A stretch of DNA of 64,000 nt, taken from contig DATLAB010000014.1 of the NCBI GenBank assembly GCA_035527655.1, positions 33,099-97,098 on the forward strand, in the 5' to 3' direction. The notes beneath the pieces are model-generated. The model saw only the letters and a list, made by a program, of their open reading frames with translations, ran no database searches and was not told where the DNA came from. Each line of letters begins with the position of its first letter. Positions within the stretch are counted from its first letter, which is position 1. Origin of the DNA: Patescibacteria group bacterium. GTDB taxonomy: Bacteria; Chloroflexota; Anaerolineae; Promineifilales; Promineifilaceae. Below are positions 45,197 to 54,026 of this stretch, in pieces. The translations under genes and the position numbers were made by a program.

Positions 45197-45229
45197 TATT
45201 GCTGTTCTTTGTTGCCTTTTACAGCAATA
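45197..45229 (+). other. 9-bp perfect hairpin between the IPPS-fold gene and the kinase gene (no U-tract)
   Basis: TATTGCTGT (45197-45205) pairs with ACAGCAATA (45221-45229) around a 15-nt loop, 16 nt after the stop at 45181. It could be a processing site, a stabiliser or a weak terminator. Confidence 0.4.
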
Positions 45230-45408
45230 CCTCCTGCTTGTTATACCCAGTCAATTTCTTCAACTTGTTCATAATTACTCTTATACCATATCTGATAGTA
45301 CGAGATATCTATCCTACATAGGAACATAGTGGGATTGCAGATGACAACTGCAGGCAAGTACAATGGTACTATCGACTATAAATAACTGTTGAAATCGAAT
45401 ACGGACTG

Positions 45409-48237
45409 ATGAGTTACAAATTTAGGGGAAAATTCAGCCACTTAAATCGGTCGTTGCTAGCCTTTGCGATCTTAGTGCTAGGGGTGTACCTGTACTACAC
45501 CCTGAGTTTTATTGGTCTGACCCCATACCCCGGAATCGTATTTACGGCCATATCTGGCGGATGGCAGGTAAATGACTCCTCCCTGGCCTCTGTAGCAGTC
45601 GACGAAGTACTCGTCCAAATTGCCGACTTAACTTATGCTGATTACCGGCTTAACCCATTTAGTGTTCCTTTCGATGGATATACACCGGGTGACGCTGTGC
45701 CCGATGTGATTACGGAGTCCGGCGAAACTCTTTCGCTGGTCATGCCAATCCCAAGTTTTCAGGATCGCCTGCGACGCCTTGTCGGTACTTTGTGGTTCTT
45801 TCCATTCTGGATGGCTGGAACTGCCGTATTATTATTTCTAAGACCACGTGATCTGAGTTGGCGATTGCTGATTGCCTTTATGTACCTTGCCGCAACCTGG
45901 GCGCTTGTTGGAAGCATCGCCAATTGGCAAGTTGGCGCGTCCACTATTGTTTCCATTCTCGTTGCCTGGCTGATGGTTCCGTGTGTGATTCATTTGCATC
46001 TGACTGTGCCAAGCCCGATATTCGTCTCTTTTACCCGGCGGATAATGCCCCTCATTTATATTGGCTCAATCGCCATTGCCATTATTGAGATAACCCAAAG
46101 TTCCGACCGGCTCAGCATCAGTCTCCTGGCTTTAGCTCTGGCTGTAATGTATAGCATTCTGATTCTGGCGTATCGCTCGTTTCGCAAAGGTGCACCCATA
46201 TCAGACCGAAATTCAGCCCGATTGATGCTTTCGGGTATTGGCCTTGCCTTTGGGCCGGGCATTCTGGTCATTACGTTGCCCCAGGTGTCGGCATTGTCGG
46301 TGCCTCCAGGGTTCGGTGTGAGCCTGGCTTTCATATCACTGCCAATCTTTCCGATCTCCTACACCTATGCCATCTATAAACGTCAGTTGGGACAACTTGA
46401 ATTTAGGGCGAACCGGCTCCTCGGCATTTACAGTTTCATACTCCTCTATCCTACGATCTTTATTGTGGTTCTTCTCTTAGGCGAACAGTGGCTGGTTACA
46501 TCCAGCACCAAAACCTTTTATCTCTTATTCGTATCGATTATTTTTGTGATGGCAACGCCGCCAATCCTAAATTTTCTCCAAAAAACAATGAACCGATTGG
46601 CATATGGCACTGAGCATGATCCGGATGATATTCTGCGAGTATTCGCCAAGAATATTCCTTTGGCCAAGAGTCGCGCTGCACTCTCAGATTCGCTCAACAG
46701 AGATATATTACCAGCCCTGCTGATTAGACAATCAGCGTTATCATTATTCGATAGCGATGGGGTTGAGCTAATCTATGCAGATGGCATATCGCAATCCGCT
46801 GTTCCAAGCACATCGGATGAGCTTGAAAAACTGGGTCTTGCCGCTAGAGCCTACAGACCACCTGCCACGGAAAATATAATGGATCATGACTGGGTTCGTT
46901 TGGCCATACCCCTGATCACACCAGAGAAGGCAATTGGTGTCTGGTTGTTTGGGCGCAGAGATCCCGACGATTTTTACCCCCAGAATGATATTGACTTATT
47001 ACATTCCTTGGCGAACCAAATGGCGCCGGTTATCGAAAATGTCAGGCTTTATGAAGAATTGCAACGCCATGCCAACGATTTGACCGAAGAAGTTGCTAAC
47101 CGGACATCAGAACTTCGGGCGGAGAAAGACAGAACCCAGGCAATTCTTGACAGTGCCGGTGAAGGAGTATTCTTCACAGATCCAGCTGGCGTCATTCTTT
47201 ATGCCAATCAGGCCTTAGCCCATCAGTCCGGTTTTACGGCTGATGATCTTATCGGAAAAACTCTTGAATTATGGCAAACCGAGGAAGATGCCCATGATTC
47301 TTACAGAGATATGTGGACGGCGATTTACACTGGGCACGAATGGGGTGGCGAGATGCTTTTGCATCGGAAAGATAACACTTACTGTGATGTCAACCTCGTA
47401 ATGGCGCCGATTCTCTCGGAAGGTGGCAAGTTGTCCGGCTTTGTTGGTGTTCAATCTGATATTAGCAAGCTTAAGGAAGTCGACCGCCTCAAATCAAATA
47501 TTATCTCCAGCGTCTCCCATGAATTAAAAACCCCTCTCACCACAATTAAAACATACCTCATGCTCATACAGCGTGGTAAACCGGAGAAAAAAGATAGCTA
47601 TATGGTCGTATTAAACAGGGAAGCCGACCGACTAGCGATAATTATTGAAGATCTCTTGGATCTCTCCTCCCTGGAAACCGGCAAGATCCCGTCGCGACTT
47701 GAGCCAATGGATTTGTTATCAACCGTCGGGATAGCCATCACCAGTTGCCAAACATTAGCCAATACAAAGCAAATCTCAATCAACTCAGCTATTAATGGCG
47801 CGCTACCCATGGCCATCGCGGATAGCAGTCAAATGGAACAAGTATTAATGAATCTCATTGTAAATGCGCTAAACTACTCATTTCATGGTAGTTCTGTGAC
47901 GATTCGAACCGGTGAAGGTTCATTAAATAGCCATGAAGGCGTATGGGTGCGCGTCTCCGATAATGGACCCGGTATCTCGGAGGGTGACTTGCCTCATTTA
48001 TTTGACCGGTTCTATCGGGGTGAAGCAGCGCTTGAAAGTGGCGCTCCGGGTACAGGACTTGGGCTGGCTATTTGCAAGGAGATTATTGATCGCCATCAAG
48101 GTAAGATTGAGGTTGAAAGCAAACCAGGTGGCGGCGCGGCCTTCACGGTCTGGCTGCCGGCACTGAAACCGGCAAAGATGGAGCATGACCTTCTGACTCC
48201 GAAACCGGCTGTAAAATCTGTGGACACGACCGATTAA
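45409..48237 (+). CDS. Sensor histidine kinase: roughly 10-TM N-terminal sensor region - GAF - coiled coil - PAS - HisKA - HATPase_c
   Basis: About ten hydrophobic helices fall in residues 15-390, with a roughly 85-aa loop after TM1. GAF-like WVRLAIPLITPEKAIGVWLFGRRDP, PAS ILDSAGEGVFFTDPAGVILYANQA, H-box SSVSHELKTPLTTI, N-box NLIVNALNYS, G1 DNGPGI, G2 GTGLGLAICKEI. Confidence 0.9.
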   Translation: MSYKFRGKFSHLNRSLLAFAILVLGVYLYYTLSFIGLTPYPGIVFTAISGGWQVNDSSLASVAVDEVLVQIADLTYADYRLNPFSVPFDGYTPGDAVPDVITESGETLSLVMPIPSFQDRLRRLVGTLWFFPFWMAGTAVLLFLRPRDLSWRLLIAFMYLAATWALVGSIANWQVGASTIVSILVAWLMVPCVIHLHLTVPSPIFVSFTRRIMPLIYIGSIAIAIIEITQSSDRLSISLLALALAVMYSILILAYRSFRKGAPISDRNSARLMLSGIGLAFGPGILVITLPQVSALSVPPGFGVSLAFISLPIFPISYTYAIYKRQLGQLEFRANRLLGIYSFILLYPTIFIVVLLLGEQWLVTSSTKTFYLLFVSIIFVMATPPILNFLQKTMNRLAYGTEHDPDDILRVFAKNIPLAKSRAALSDSLNRDILPALLIRQSALSLFDSDGVELIYADGISQSAVPSTSDELEKLGLAARAYRPPATENIMDHDWVRLAIPLITPEKAIGVWLFGRRDPDDFYPQNDIDLLHSLANQMAPVIENVRLYEELQRHANDLTEEVANRTSELRAEKDRTQAILDSAGEGVFFTDPAGVILYANQALAHQSGFTADDLIGKTLELWQTEEDAHDSYRDMWTAIYTGHEWGGEMLLHRKDNTYCDVNLVMAPILSEGGKLSGFVGVQSDISKLKEVDRLKSNIISSVSHELKTPLTTIKTYLMLIQRGKPEKKDSYMVVLNREADRLAIIIEDLLDLSSLETGKIPSRLEPMDLLSTVGIAITSCQTLANTKQISINSAINGALPMAIADSSQMEQVLMNLIVNALNYSFHGSSVTIRTGEGSLNSHEGVWVRVSDNGPGISEGDLPHLFDRFYRGEAALESGAPGTGLGLAICKEIIDRHQGKIEVESKPGGGAAFTVWLPALKPAKMEHDLLTPKPAVKSVDTTD

Positions 48238-48245
48238 TTTAATCT

Positions 48246-49037
48246 TCAAACCTTCCGGGGTTCCAGGACAGAGGCGATCAGCACGGAGCAATCTAGTACA
48301 GTCGTTCCACCGATTTGCAACCAGACCAGAAACTCCAGATTTCCCTTTGCTCCGTCAATCGGTGAGCGAATCAATCCCATCACTGAATAACCATGAGTCA
48401 TTGTCCAATTCAGGATCTCCTTCAGGACGTCAGAATGCACCTCTCGATCTCGCACAACACCCCCCTTACCTACCTGAGCACGTCCCGCCTCAAACTGTGG
48501 TTTAATCAAAGCCACAACGTCAGCACCCTGGGCTAACCAGTTTAAGGTGGTCTCCAAGATTATCTTTAGCGAGATAAATGACACATCTATCGTCAGGACG
48601 TCAATTTGTTCAGGCATCGTTAACTGGTAACGCGCATTTGTGCGTTCCATCACTCTGACACGACTATCCTGCCGCAGCTTCCAGTCCAACTGGCCATATC
48701 CAACATCAATCGCATACACTGTCCGGGCGCCATCTTGCAGTAATACATCTGTGAAACCCCCTGTACAGGCGCCCACATCCGCACAAATTCGCCCCTCTAT
48801 TTTAATTAGAAAAGCAGTTAACGCCGCTCTCAATTTCAAACCGCCGCGGCTAACGTACGGCATCGGAGCAATTAACTCGATATCAGCCTCGATAGAGACA
48901 ATCCTTCCCGGTTTGATGGCCTTTTCTCCGTCAACCCGCACCTCCCCGGCCATAATCAATAAGCGACCGCGAGCTCGTGTCTCCACCAATCCGCGATCAA
49001 CCAACAAATTGTCCAAACGATCACGTTTTTTGGTCAT
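48246..49037 (-). CDS. tlyA: TlyA-family 16S/23S rRNA (cytidine-2'-O)-methyltransferase
   Basis: S4 domain RLDNLLVDRGLVETRARGRLLIMAGEVRVDG and FtsJ-like ADVGACTGGFTDVLLQDGARTVYAIDVGYGQL. ATG 49037 forms an ATGA overlap with the upstream stop and is preferred over 49058. Confidence 0.85.
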   Translation of the reverse strand: MTKKRDRLDNLLVDRGLVETRARGRLLIMAGEVRVDGEKAIKPGRIVSIEADIELIAPMPYVSRGGLKLRAALTAFLIKIEGRICADVGACTGGFTDVLLQDGARTVYAIDVGYGQLDWKLRQDSRVRVMERTNARYQLTMPEQIDVLTIDVSFISLKIILETTLNWLAQGADVVALIKPQFEAGRAQVGKGGVVRDREVHSDVLKEILNWTMTHGYSVMGLIRSPIDGAKGNLEFLVWLQIGGTTVLDCSVLIASVLEPRKV

Positions 49038-49984
49038 CCGGAAAGGGTTCCTAGCCATTCATTAAACACATCGCTCAACGATTGTGCCAGTGTAATCTGA
49101 GGTTCCCAGCCAGTCTCCCGCTGAAGCTTTGAGTAGCTACCAACCACGGCATTATTGTCTGCTGGTCGGACGCGATCTGGATCTTCTTCCACAGTTACCT
49201 TCACTCCGGCTATCTCAATAATCTTGTCCAGAATACCCCGGATTGACACTGTTTTTCCTGAACAGACAAGGTAAGTCTCACCTGCTCGTCCTTCCAGACC
49301 GAGTTTTCGATAAGCCTCGGCGACATCACGCACGTCGGTGAAATCTCTCCTGACTGAGAGATTGCCAACCTTGATAACTGGTTCCCGGAGACCGAGCTTT
49401 ATAGCTGCGATCTGGCTGGCAAAGTCCGGAACAACAAAACCCAGGGTTTGGCGTGGGCCGATGTGGTTAAATGGCCGTGCTTCGATAACCGGCAATCCAT
49501 AGCGTCGATAGTAGACGCTTACTAACTGCCCGGCCGCCCATTTGCTTATCCCATAAGGATCGGCCGGGGCCGGTATTGTCTCCTCCGTTATGGCCGTAGA
49601 GGAAAGGCCAATCGTTCCATACATATGGGCGCTGGTCACCACAACCACCCTGGGTTGGCCATTTTCCTGAGCGGATAGCAGGATATTAGCCGTTCCTCCT
49701 GTATTAACGGCAAATGTCTGCGCTGGTATTTCCCAGGATCGGACGGGTGAGGCTTGTCCTGCCAGGTGGTAAACCAGGTGGGGCTTTGCCAATAAAAAGA
49801 CCTTATCAACCTCATTTTGAACCAAAATATTGCCGGTGAGAGGGGTAAATCGATCGTGGTCGGGGCATGGTTGATGACTCGAGTCCGGATGAACTAGGCC
49901 GTAGACATCATGACCCGAATCAAGAAGCAACTCCGCAAGGAACGATCCTGCGAAGCCGGTAACGCCAGTAACGAGTATCCGCAT
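49034..49984 (-). CDS. NAD-dependent epimerase/dehydratase family protein (GDP-4-keto-6-deoxymannose reductase-like SDR)
   Basis: Rossmann motif MRILVTGVTGFAGSFL and catalytic YGISK (YxxxK). Length is 316 aa. Confidence 0.8.
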   Translation of the reverse strand: MRILVTGVTGFAGSFLAELLLDSGHDVYGLVHPDSSHQPCPDHDRFTPLTGNILVQNEVDKVFLLAKPHLVYHLAGQASPVRSWEIPAQTFAVNTGGTANILLSAQENGQPRVVVVTSAHMYGTIGLSSTAITEETIPAPADPYGISKWAAGQLVSVYYRRYGLPVIEARPFNHIGPRQTLGFVVPDFASQIAAIKLGLREPVIKVGNLSVRRDFTDVRDVAEAYRKLGLEGRAGETYLVCSGKTVSIRGILDKIIEIAGVKVTVEEDPDRVRPADNNAVVGSYSKLQRETGWEPQITLAQSLSDVFNEWLGTLSG

Positions 49985-50076
49985 CCCAATTACCCTCCTT
50001 ATAACTGGTATTATACCCAGGCTTATCGTGATCGCATTATTCGCTTCATGCAGGTTCGGTAGGTATAATCACTAGA

Positions 50077-51279
50077 ATGAACGGTGGGGCTACAAACAAA
50101 ACCATTGATGCTGTTCTAGATGCCCTGGGCGATCTGGGCCAGAATATTGAGGCCGTGTATCTTTATGGTAGTTTGAGTAACGGGACTTACCAGCCTGGTC
50201 AGTCTGATATCAACCTGCTTATTGTTCTTGATGAGGAAGAATCATTCCATCAGGCCCGAAAGGTACTTAGGCCAGTATGGTGCAATTTTGGTCCGGTACT
50301 GAAACGGACTCCGCTGATAGCGACTCAAAGCACCTTGAGGCGCCACCTGAGTTTCAACCCAGGACTTTCTCGCCATCTGAATGAGTATGGATCCTTATTA
50401 GCTGGACATCCGTGCTTGCCTGAACCCCTAACCCGCGACCCCATTGAACGACTTTCTGAAATGGCCAGAATTGCTATGCATGGGTCAGCAGCGATCACGC
50501 CATCACTCTTATCGGAAAGGGAAAACGCCGGAACAATTTCTTGCCTGAGGAGCCTGTCTCGCCAGCTTTTTGACCATGAGGTAAGTGAAGACGAACACGC
50601 CACGGCCTTATTTAGTCAGATTCAAGCCGATATATTAAGCAAGATGGAACAGCACCCTTCATTATTCTGGAAGGATCAGCCGATATCTGGTGCACCTCCA
50701 CTGGTAAAAGACCTGCGAGGCATCTACGAACATGAGAATCGGTTGGTTCTGCTCCTGCCAGACTCTGGCCCCGAAGATGTGGCCCGAAGAATAAAAAATA
50801 TAGATTGGAATGCGGTCGCCGGTCGAATCATAAGTCAGTATCGGGGTCTCTGGGTCACCACAGCTGCCCAACTGCGCATGATCATGTTATATGACTCTCC
50901 AGCGGCTTATCAGCTTGGTTCGTACAATCATGCCTGGGGACTTGATCCCCTGGTTGACTTAAAAGTAGATGCCTGGCGAATCTTCCGCAATTTCGGCCGA
51001 TCCCCATCAACCTTGCTGGTTGATACCCTCCCCCAAGCCTATACCATGAGTGAAGATTCAGACCTGGCAATGATGGTTCACAATCTACATAACAAACTTC
51101 TAAATGTCCAGCTCAAGAACGAGATTTATTGCCGGATGCAGGAGAGACCGATCGCCAAACCCCCTGGACATTTAACGGATCGCGATCTTCCAATGGAAAA
51201 GAGAATTGATGGCATTTACAACCATCTCGATTGGTGGTCAGGGCATTATGCCAACGAAATGGCGACAGCCCAGACGTAG
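50077..51279 (+). CDS. Nucleotidyltransferase (Pol-beta superfamily) domain protein
   Basis: The N-terminus AVYLYGSLSNGTYQPGQSDINLLIVLD matches the GS...D.D minimal NTase motif. The remainder is unrecognised. Confidence 0.5.
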   Translation: MNGGATNKTIDAVLDALGDLGQNIEAVYLYGSLSNGTYQPGQSDINLLIVLDEEESFHQARKVLRPVWCNFGPVLKRTPLIATQSTLRRHLSFNPGLSRHLNEYGSLLAGHPCLPEPLTRDPIERLSEMARIAMHGSAAITPSLLSERENAGTISCLRSLSRQLFDHEVSEDEHATALFSQIQADILSKMEQHPSLFWKDQPISGAPPLVKDLRGIYEHENRLVLLLPDSGPEDVARRIKNIDWNAVAGRIISQYRGLWVTTAAQLRMIMLYDSPAAYQLGSYNHAWGLDPLVDLKVDAWRIFRNFGRSPSTLLVDTLPQAYTMSEDSDLAMMVHNLHNKLLNVQLKNEIYCRMQERPIAKPPGHLTDRDLPMEKRIDGIYNHLDWWSGHYANEMATAQT

Positions 51280-52466
51280 ATCGCTTGATAATCTTTAATT
51301 GGTACAGCTACGGCGATAACTCACTTCGGGCCATTAGAAAGTCGGTTGTCAAATACCAGAAATATTTTCCACATCTGGGAAAAAATATTAGATTTGATCC
51401 TGCTCTACGACTATTAGTTCTCTCACTGTTTCTCGCCCTGATTCAGCCTGCTCCGATACTCATAGTAGCCGGACAACATGAAGCAGTCAGGTCGTCACAC
51501 CCTATTGTAGCGGTACATACTCGTTTAACCGACGAAGTTGAACCCTGGAAAATTCAACGAAGCCTACAAATGGTGCGAGAAATGGGGGCGAGCTCGATAG
51601 TTGAGTTTTTCCCCTGGGCTTACTATCATGGCCAAGATGGCGGCATCGCCTGGGAACATCCGGATCTTGTCATCGAGCATGCTTCAGCTCAGGGTCTAAA
51701 AGTGGTTGCCCGCCTTGGCTTAACCCCTGCCTGGGCTCGACCCACAGGAACGCCTTTAACCCATCTTGATGAAGGTGCTTATGATGACTTTGCCAGCTTC
51801 GCAGCCCAATTTGCTGCCCGCTACGAAGGTAAAGTGGACTCACTCATCATATGGAACGAACCTAATTTGAGTTACGAATGGGGATACAGGCAAACACCTG
51901 TTAGCGATTATGTTAACTTATTAATGAAGGCTTATCCGGCTATCAAAGAGGCGAATCCCGAGATGAGGGTCCTGGCCGGCGCTCTGGCCCCAACATTGGA
52001 ACCCGAGGGTTCTCCGTGGGGGCTTAACGACCTGATTTACTTAAACCGTATGTATGAAGAAGGAGCCGCAGATTATTTTGACGGATTGTCCGTACATGCC
52101 TACGGATTAACCTTTCCCCCAGATACACCGGCCGATCCAGGTTTGCTCAATTATCGACGCGTCGAATTAGTACGAGAGATCATGATCAAGAACAATGATC
52201 AAGAGACGCCGATCCTGATTACAGAAACTGGTTGGAACGATCATCCTCGGTGGACATTAGCGGTGAAACCTGGCCAACGAATACAGTATACAATCGACGC
52301 TCTGGAATTGGCGGAGAAAGAGTGGCCTTATGTTGAGATGGTAGCCATTTGGGCGTTCCGTTTACCGGCGCCCAGTAAGAGCTATATGGATTCATATACA
52401 TTGGTGACGCCCGAATTTGTGAAGAAGCCCATCTATGATACGCTTCAGGAGTACGCCGGTAATTAA
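51231..52466 (+). CDS. Membrane-anchored clan GH-A (TIM-barrel) glycoside hydrolase
   Basis: TM LRLLVLSLFLALIQPAPILIV, an acid/base motif IIWNEPN and a nucleophile motif ILITETGW. The start is uncertain: TTG 51231, GTG 51234 or TTG 51285, the last lying just after the upstream stop. Confidence 0.65.
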   Translation: MVVRALCQRNGDSPDVDRLIIFNWYSYGDNSLRAIRKSVVKYQKYFPHLGKNIRFDPALRLLVLSLFLALIQPAPILIVAGQHEAVRSSHPIVAVHTRLTDEVEPWKIQRSLQMVREMGASSIVEFFPWAYYHGQDGGIAWEHPDLVIEHASAQGLKVVARLGLTPAWARPTGTPLTHLDEGAYDDFASFAAQFAARYEGKVDSLIIWNEPNLSYEWGYRQTPVSDYVNLLMKAYPAIKEANPEMRVLAGALAPTLEPEGSPWGLNDLIYLNRMYEEGAADYFDGLSVHAYGLTFPPDTPADPGLLNYRRVELVREIMIKNNDQETPILITETGWNDHPRWTLAVKPGQRIQYTIDALELAEKEWPYVEMVAIWAFRLPAPSKSYMDSYTLVTPEFVKKPIYDTLQEYAGN

Positions 52467-52525
52467 CCATTCCGTAGCGCAAGCCGCACCTCTTCTAAGA
52501 TTACACTTTGTTGAGCCGATGAATA

Positions 52526-53302
52526 ATGAAACATAGGCGAATTACCTGGCTCCCGATCATAGTGGCCGCATTATGCTTTATCGGGACAACTTCGTGCCAG
52601 CAGGAACAAGATGCCTGGGACCGTATTCAAGAAAGTGGCATCCTCCGAGTCGGCCTTGATCCCACTTATCCACCCTTCGAGGTGCTTGCCGCGGATGGTG
52701 TAGCGGGCATTGATGTTGATCTGGCTCAAGCAATCGCCAAGGATTTAGGGCTTAGGGTTGAATTTACGTACTTCGGTTATGATGGTCTTTATGATGCGCT
52801 TGCCACGAATCAAGTCGATGTCCTTGCATCGGCTCTGGTTATTTCCATCGATAAATTCCGGGATTTCGCTTACACCACCAGCTATTTTAACGCCGGACAG
52901 GTGTTAGTCAGCCGGACCGATTTTCCGCACAAGGATCCGGCATCTCTTGTCGGAAGCACCCTTGCGGTAGAACTAGGCGCTCAAGGTCACGTAGAGGCTG
53001 CGATATGGGAACGACAGATTCATGAGCTCGAAATCATGCCGTTCGCCAGTACAACTGAAGCGCTAGAGGCACTATCGCGTGGCGACGCTGATGCAGCATT
53101 GGTGGATCACATTGGTGCCTTGGTACACCGAGACCAGGACAGTAGCCTGGTTATTGGCCCTGATCTTGTAACGGAAGAACCATTTGCCCTCGTGGTGCTC
53201 GCCGGTCAAGAGGAGTTACTCGATGTATTGAATGAAAGCCTGGTAAAAATGAGTGAAGATAATCAGCTTCAGATTATCCTCGATCGCTGGCTGGGGAAAT
53301 AA
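52526..53302 (+). CDS. ABC transporter substrate-binding protein, family 3 (polar amino acid type), probably lipid-anchored
   Basis: The signal peptide ends in GTTSC. Further motifs are GILRVGLDPTYPPFE, GIDVDLAQAIAKDLG and NQVDVLASAL. Confidence 0.85.
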   Translation: MKHRRITWLPIIVAALCFIGTTSCQQEQDAWDRIQESGILRVGLDPTYPPFEVLAADGVAGIDVDLAQAIAKDLGLRVEFTYFGYDGLYDALATNQVDVLASALVISIDKFRDFAYTTSYFNAGQVLVSRTDFPHKDPASLVGSTLAVELGAQGHVEAAIWERQIHELEIMPFASTTEALEALSRGDADAALVDHIGALVHRDQDSSLVIGPDLVTEEPFALVVLAGQEELLDVLNESLVKMSEDNQLQIILDRWLGK

Positions 53303-53329
53303 TTGCTTCTGTCGGTAGGTTGAAAGCTG

Positions 53330-53365
53330 TGCTATAATTTTTCTGGATTATCAATGATTCCAGAA
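53330..53365 (+). promoter_or_regulatory. Extended -10 promoter (TGcTATAAT) followed by a 7-bp inverted repeat TTCTGGA-N11-TCCAGAA
   Basis: TG at 53330-31, TATAAT at 53333-38, and IR arms at 53341-47 and 53359-65. It lies 35-70 nt upstream of the 53400 ORF. Confidence 0.4.
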
Positions 53366-53399
53366 TCGTCAAAGAGTCAAGTGAAGGAGCAATAGATAG

Positions 53400-53942
53400 A
53401 TGAAGGATTCTTATGTCCCTGATATGCATGACAAGATAGACAGTGAATCAACCGGCCTTGGCACACTTCTCGGGAAGCTTCCAGGTTTTAGTGGTTATAT
53501 CGAGAAAGGAAGAAGGCGTGAAGCGGACCAGATATTGCGTGATACAATCGCCTCTCGTCTAGAAGAATCTCGCCTTCAATTGGGCACTATTCATCAAGAG
53601 CTTAGTCGGGACATCGTCAAGGCAATCGATTATGCTGAACCGCTCGGCCGGGCGGACACTCGTTTGATGGGCTTGATTGGAAAAATCAAAGATGCACCAG
53701 AAGGGTATGCTGGCTTCTTTGATGCTGTAAAAATTAAGGAAGAGGAACTGGCCCAAGTGTACGCTTTTGACGAGGCAATGTTGGCCTTTAGCGATTCAAT
53801 TAGTGCGGAAGTGGCGGCGCTTGAAAAAGCAGTAATTGATGATGGTGATATTGATTTTGCGATTCGCGAATTGGATAATACCCTTAGGGAAGCTAACGTA
53901 ACCTACAATTCGCGCCAAGAGGTTCTTTTAGGGGTGTCGTAA
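53400..53942 (+). CDS. Hypothetical coiled-coil protein (180 aa)
   Basis: SD GAAGGAG. The helical, charged composition matches no family I recognise. It lies directly upstream of the SPFH gene. Confidence 0.5.
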   Translation: MKDSYVPDMHDKIDSESTGLGTLLGKLPGFSGYIEKGRRREADQILRDTIASRLEESRLQLGTIHQELSRDIVKAIDYAEPLGRADTRLMGLIGKIKDAPEGYAGFFDAVKIKEEELAQVYAFDEAMLAFSDSISAEVAALEKAVIDDGDIDFAIRELDNTLREANVTYNSRQEVLLGVS

Positions 53943-54026
53943 AAGTTGGTCTGGTGGATAAGCATTGAGGATTGTTATTTATTGAATACCAGTGCTGGTA
54001 AATGCATAGTCTAGGAGTGTGAGCGG

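Noticed and set aside
48640-49065. 141-aa plus-strand ORF antisense to tlyA
   Set aside because: It is a shadow ORF of a gene with clear S4 and FtsJ motifs.
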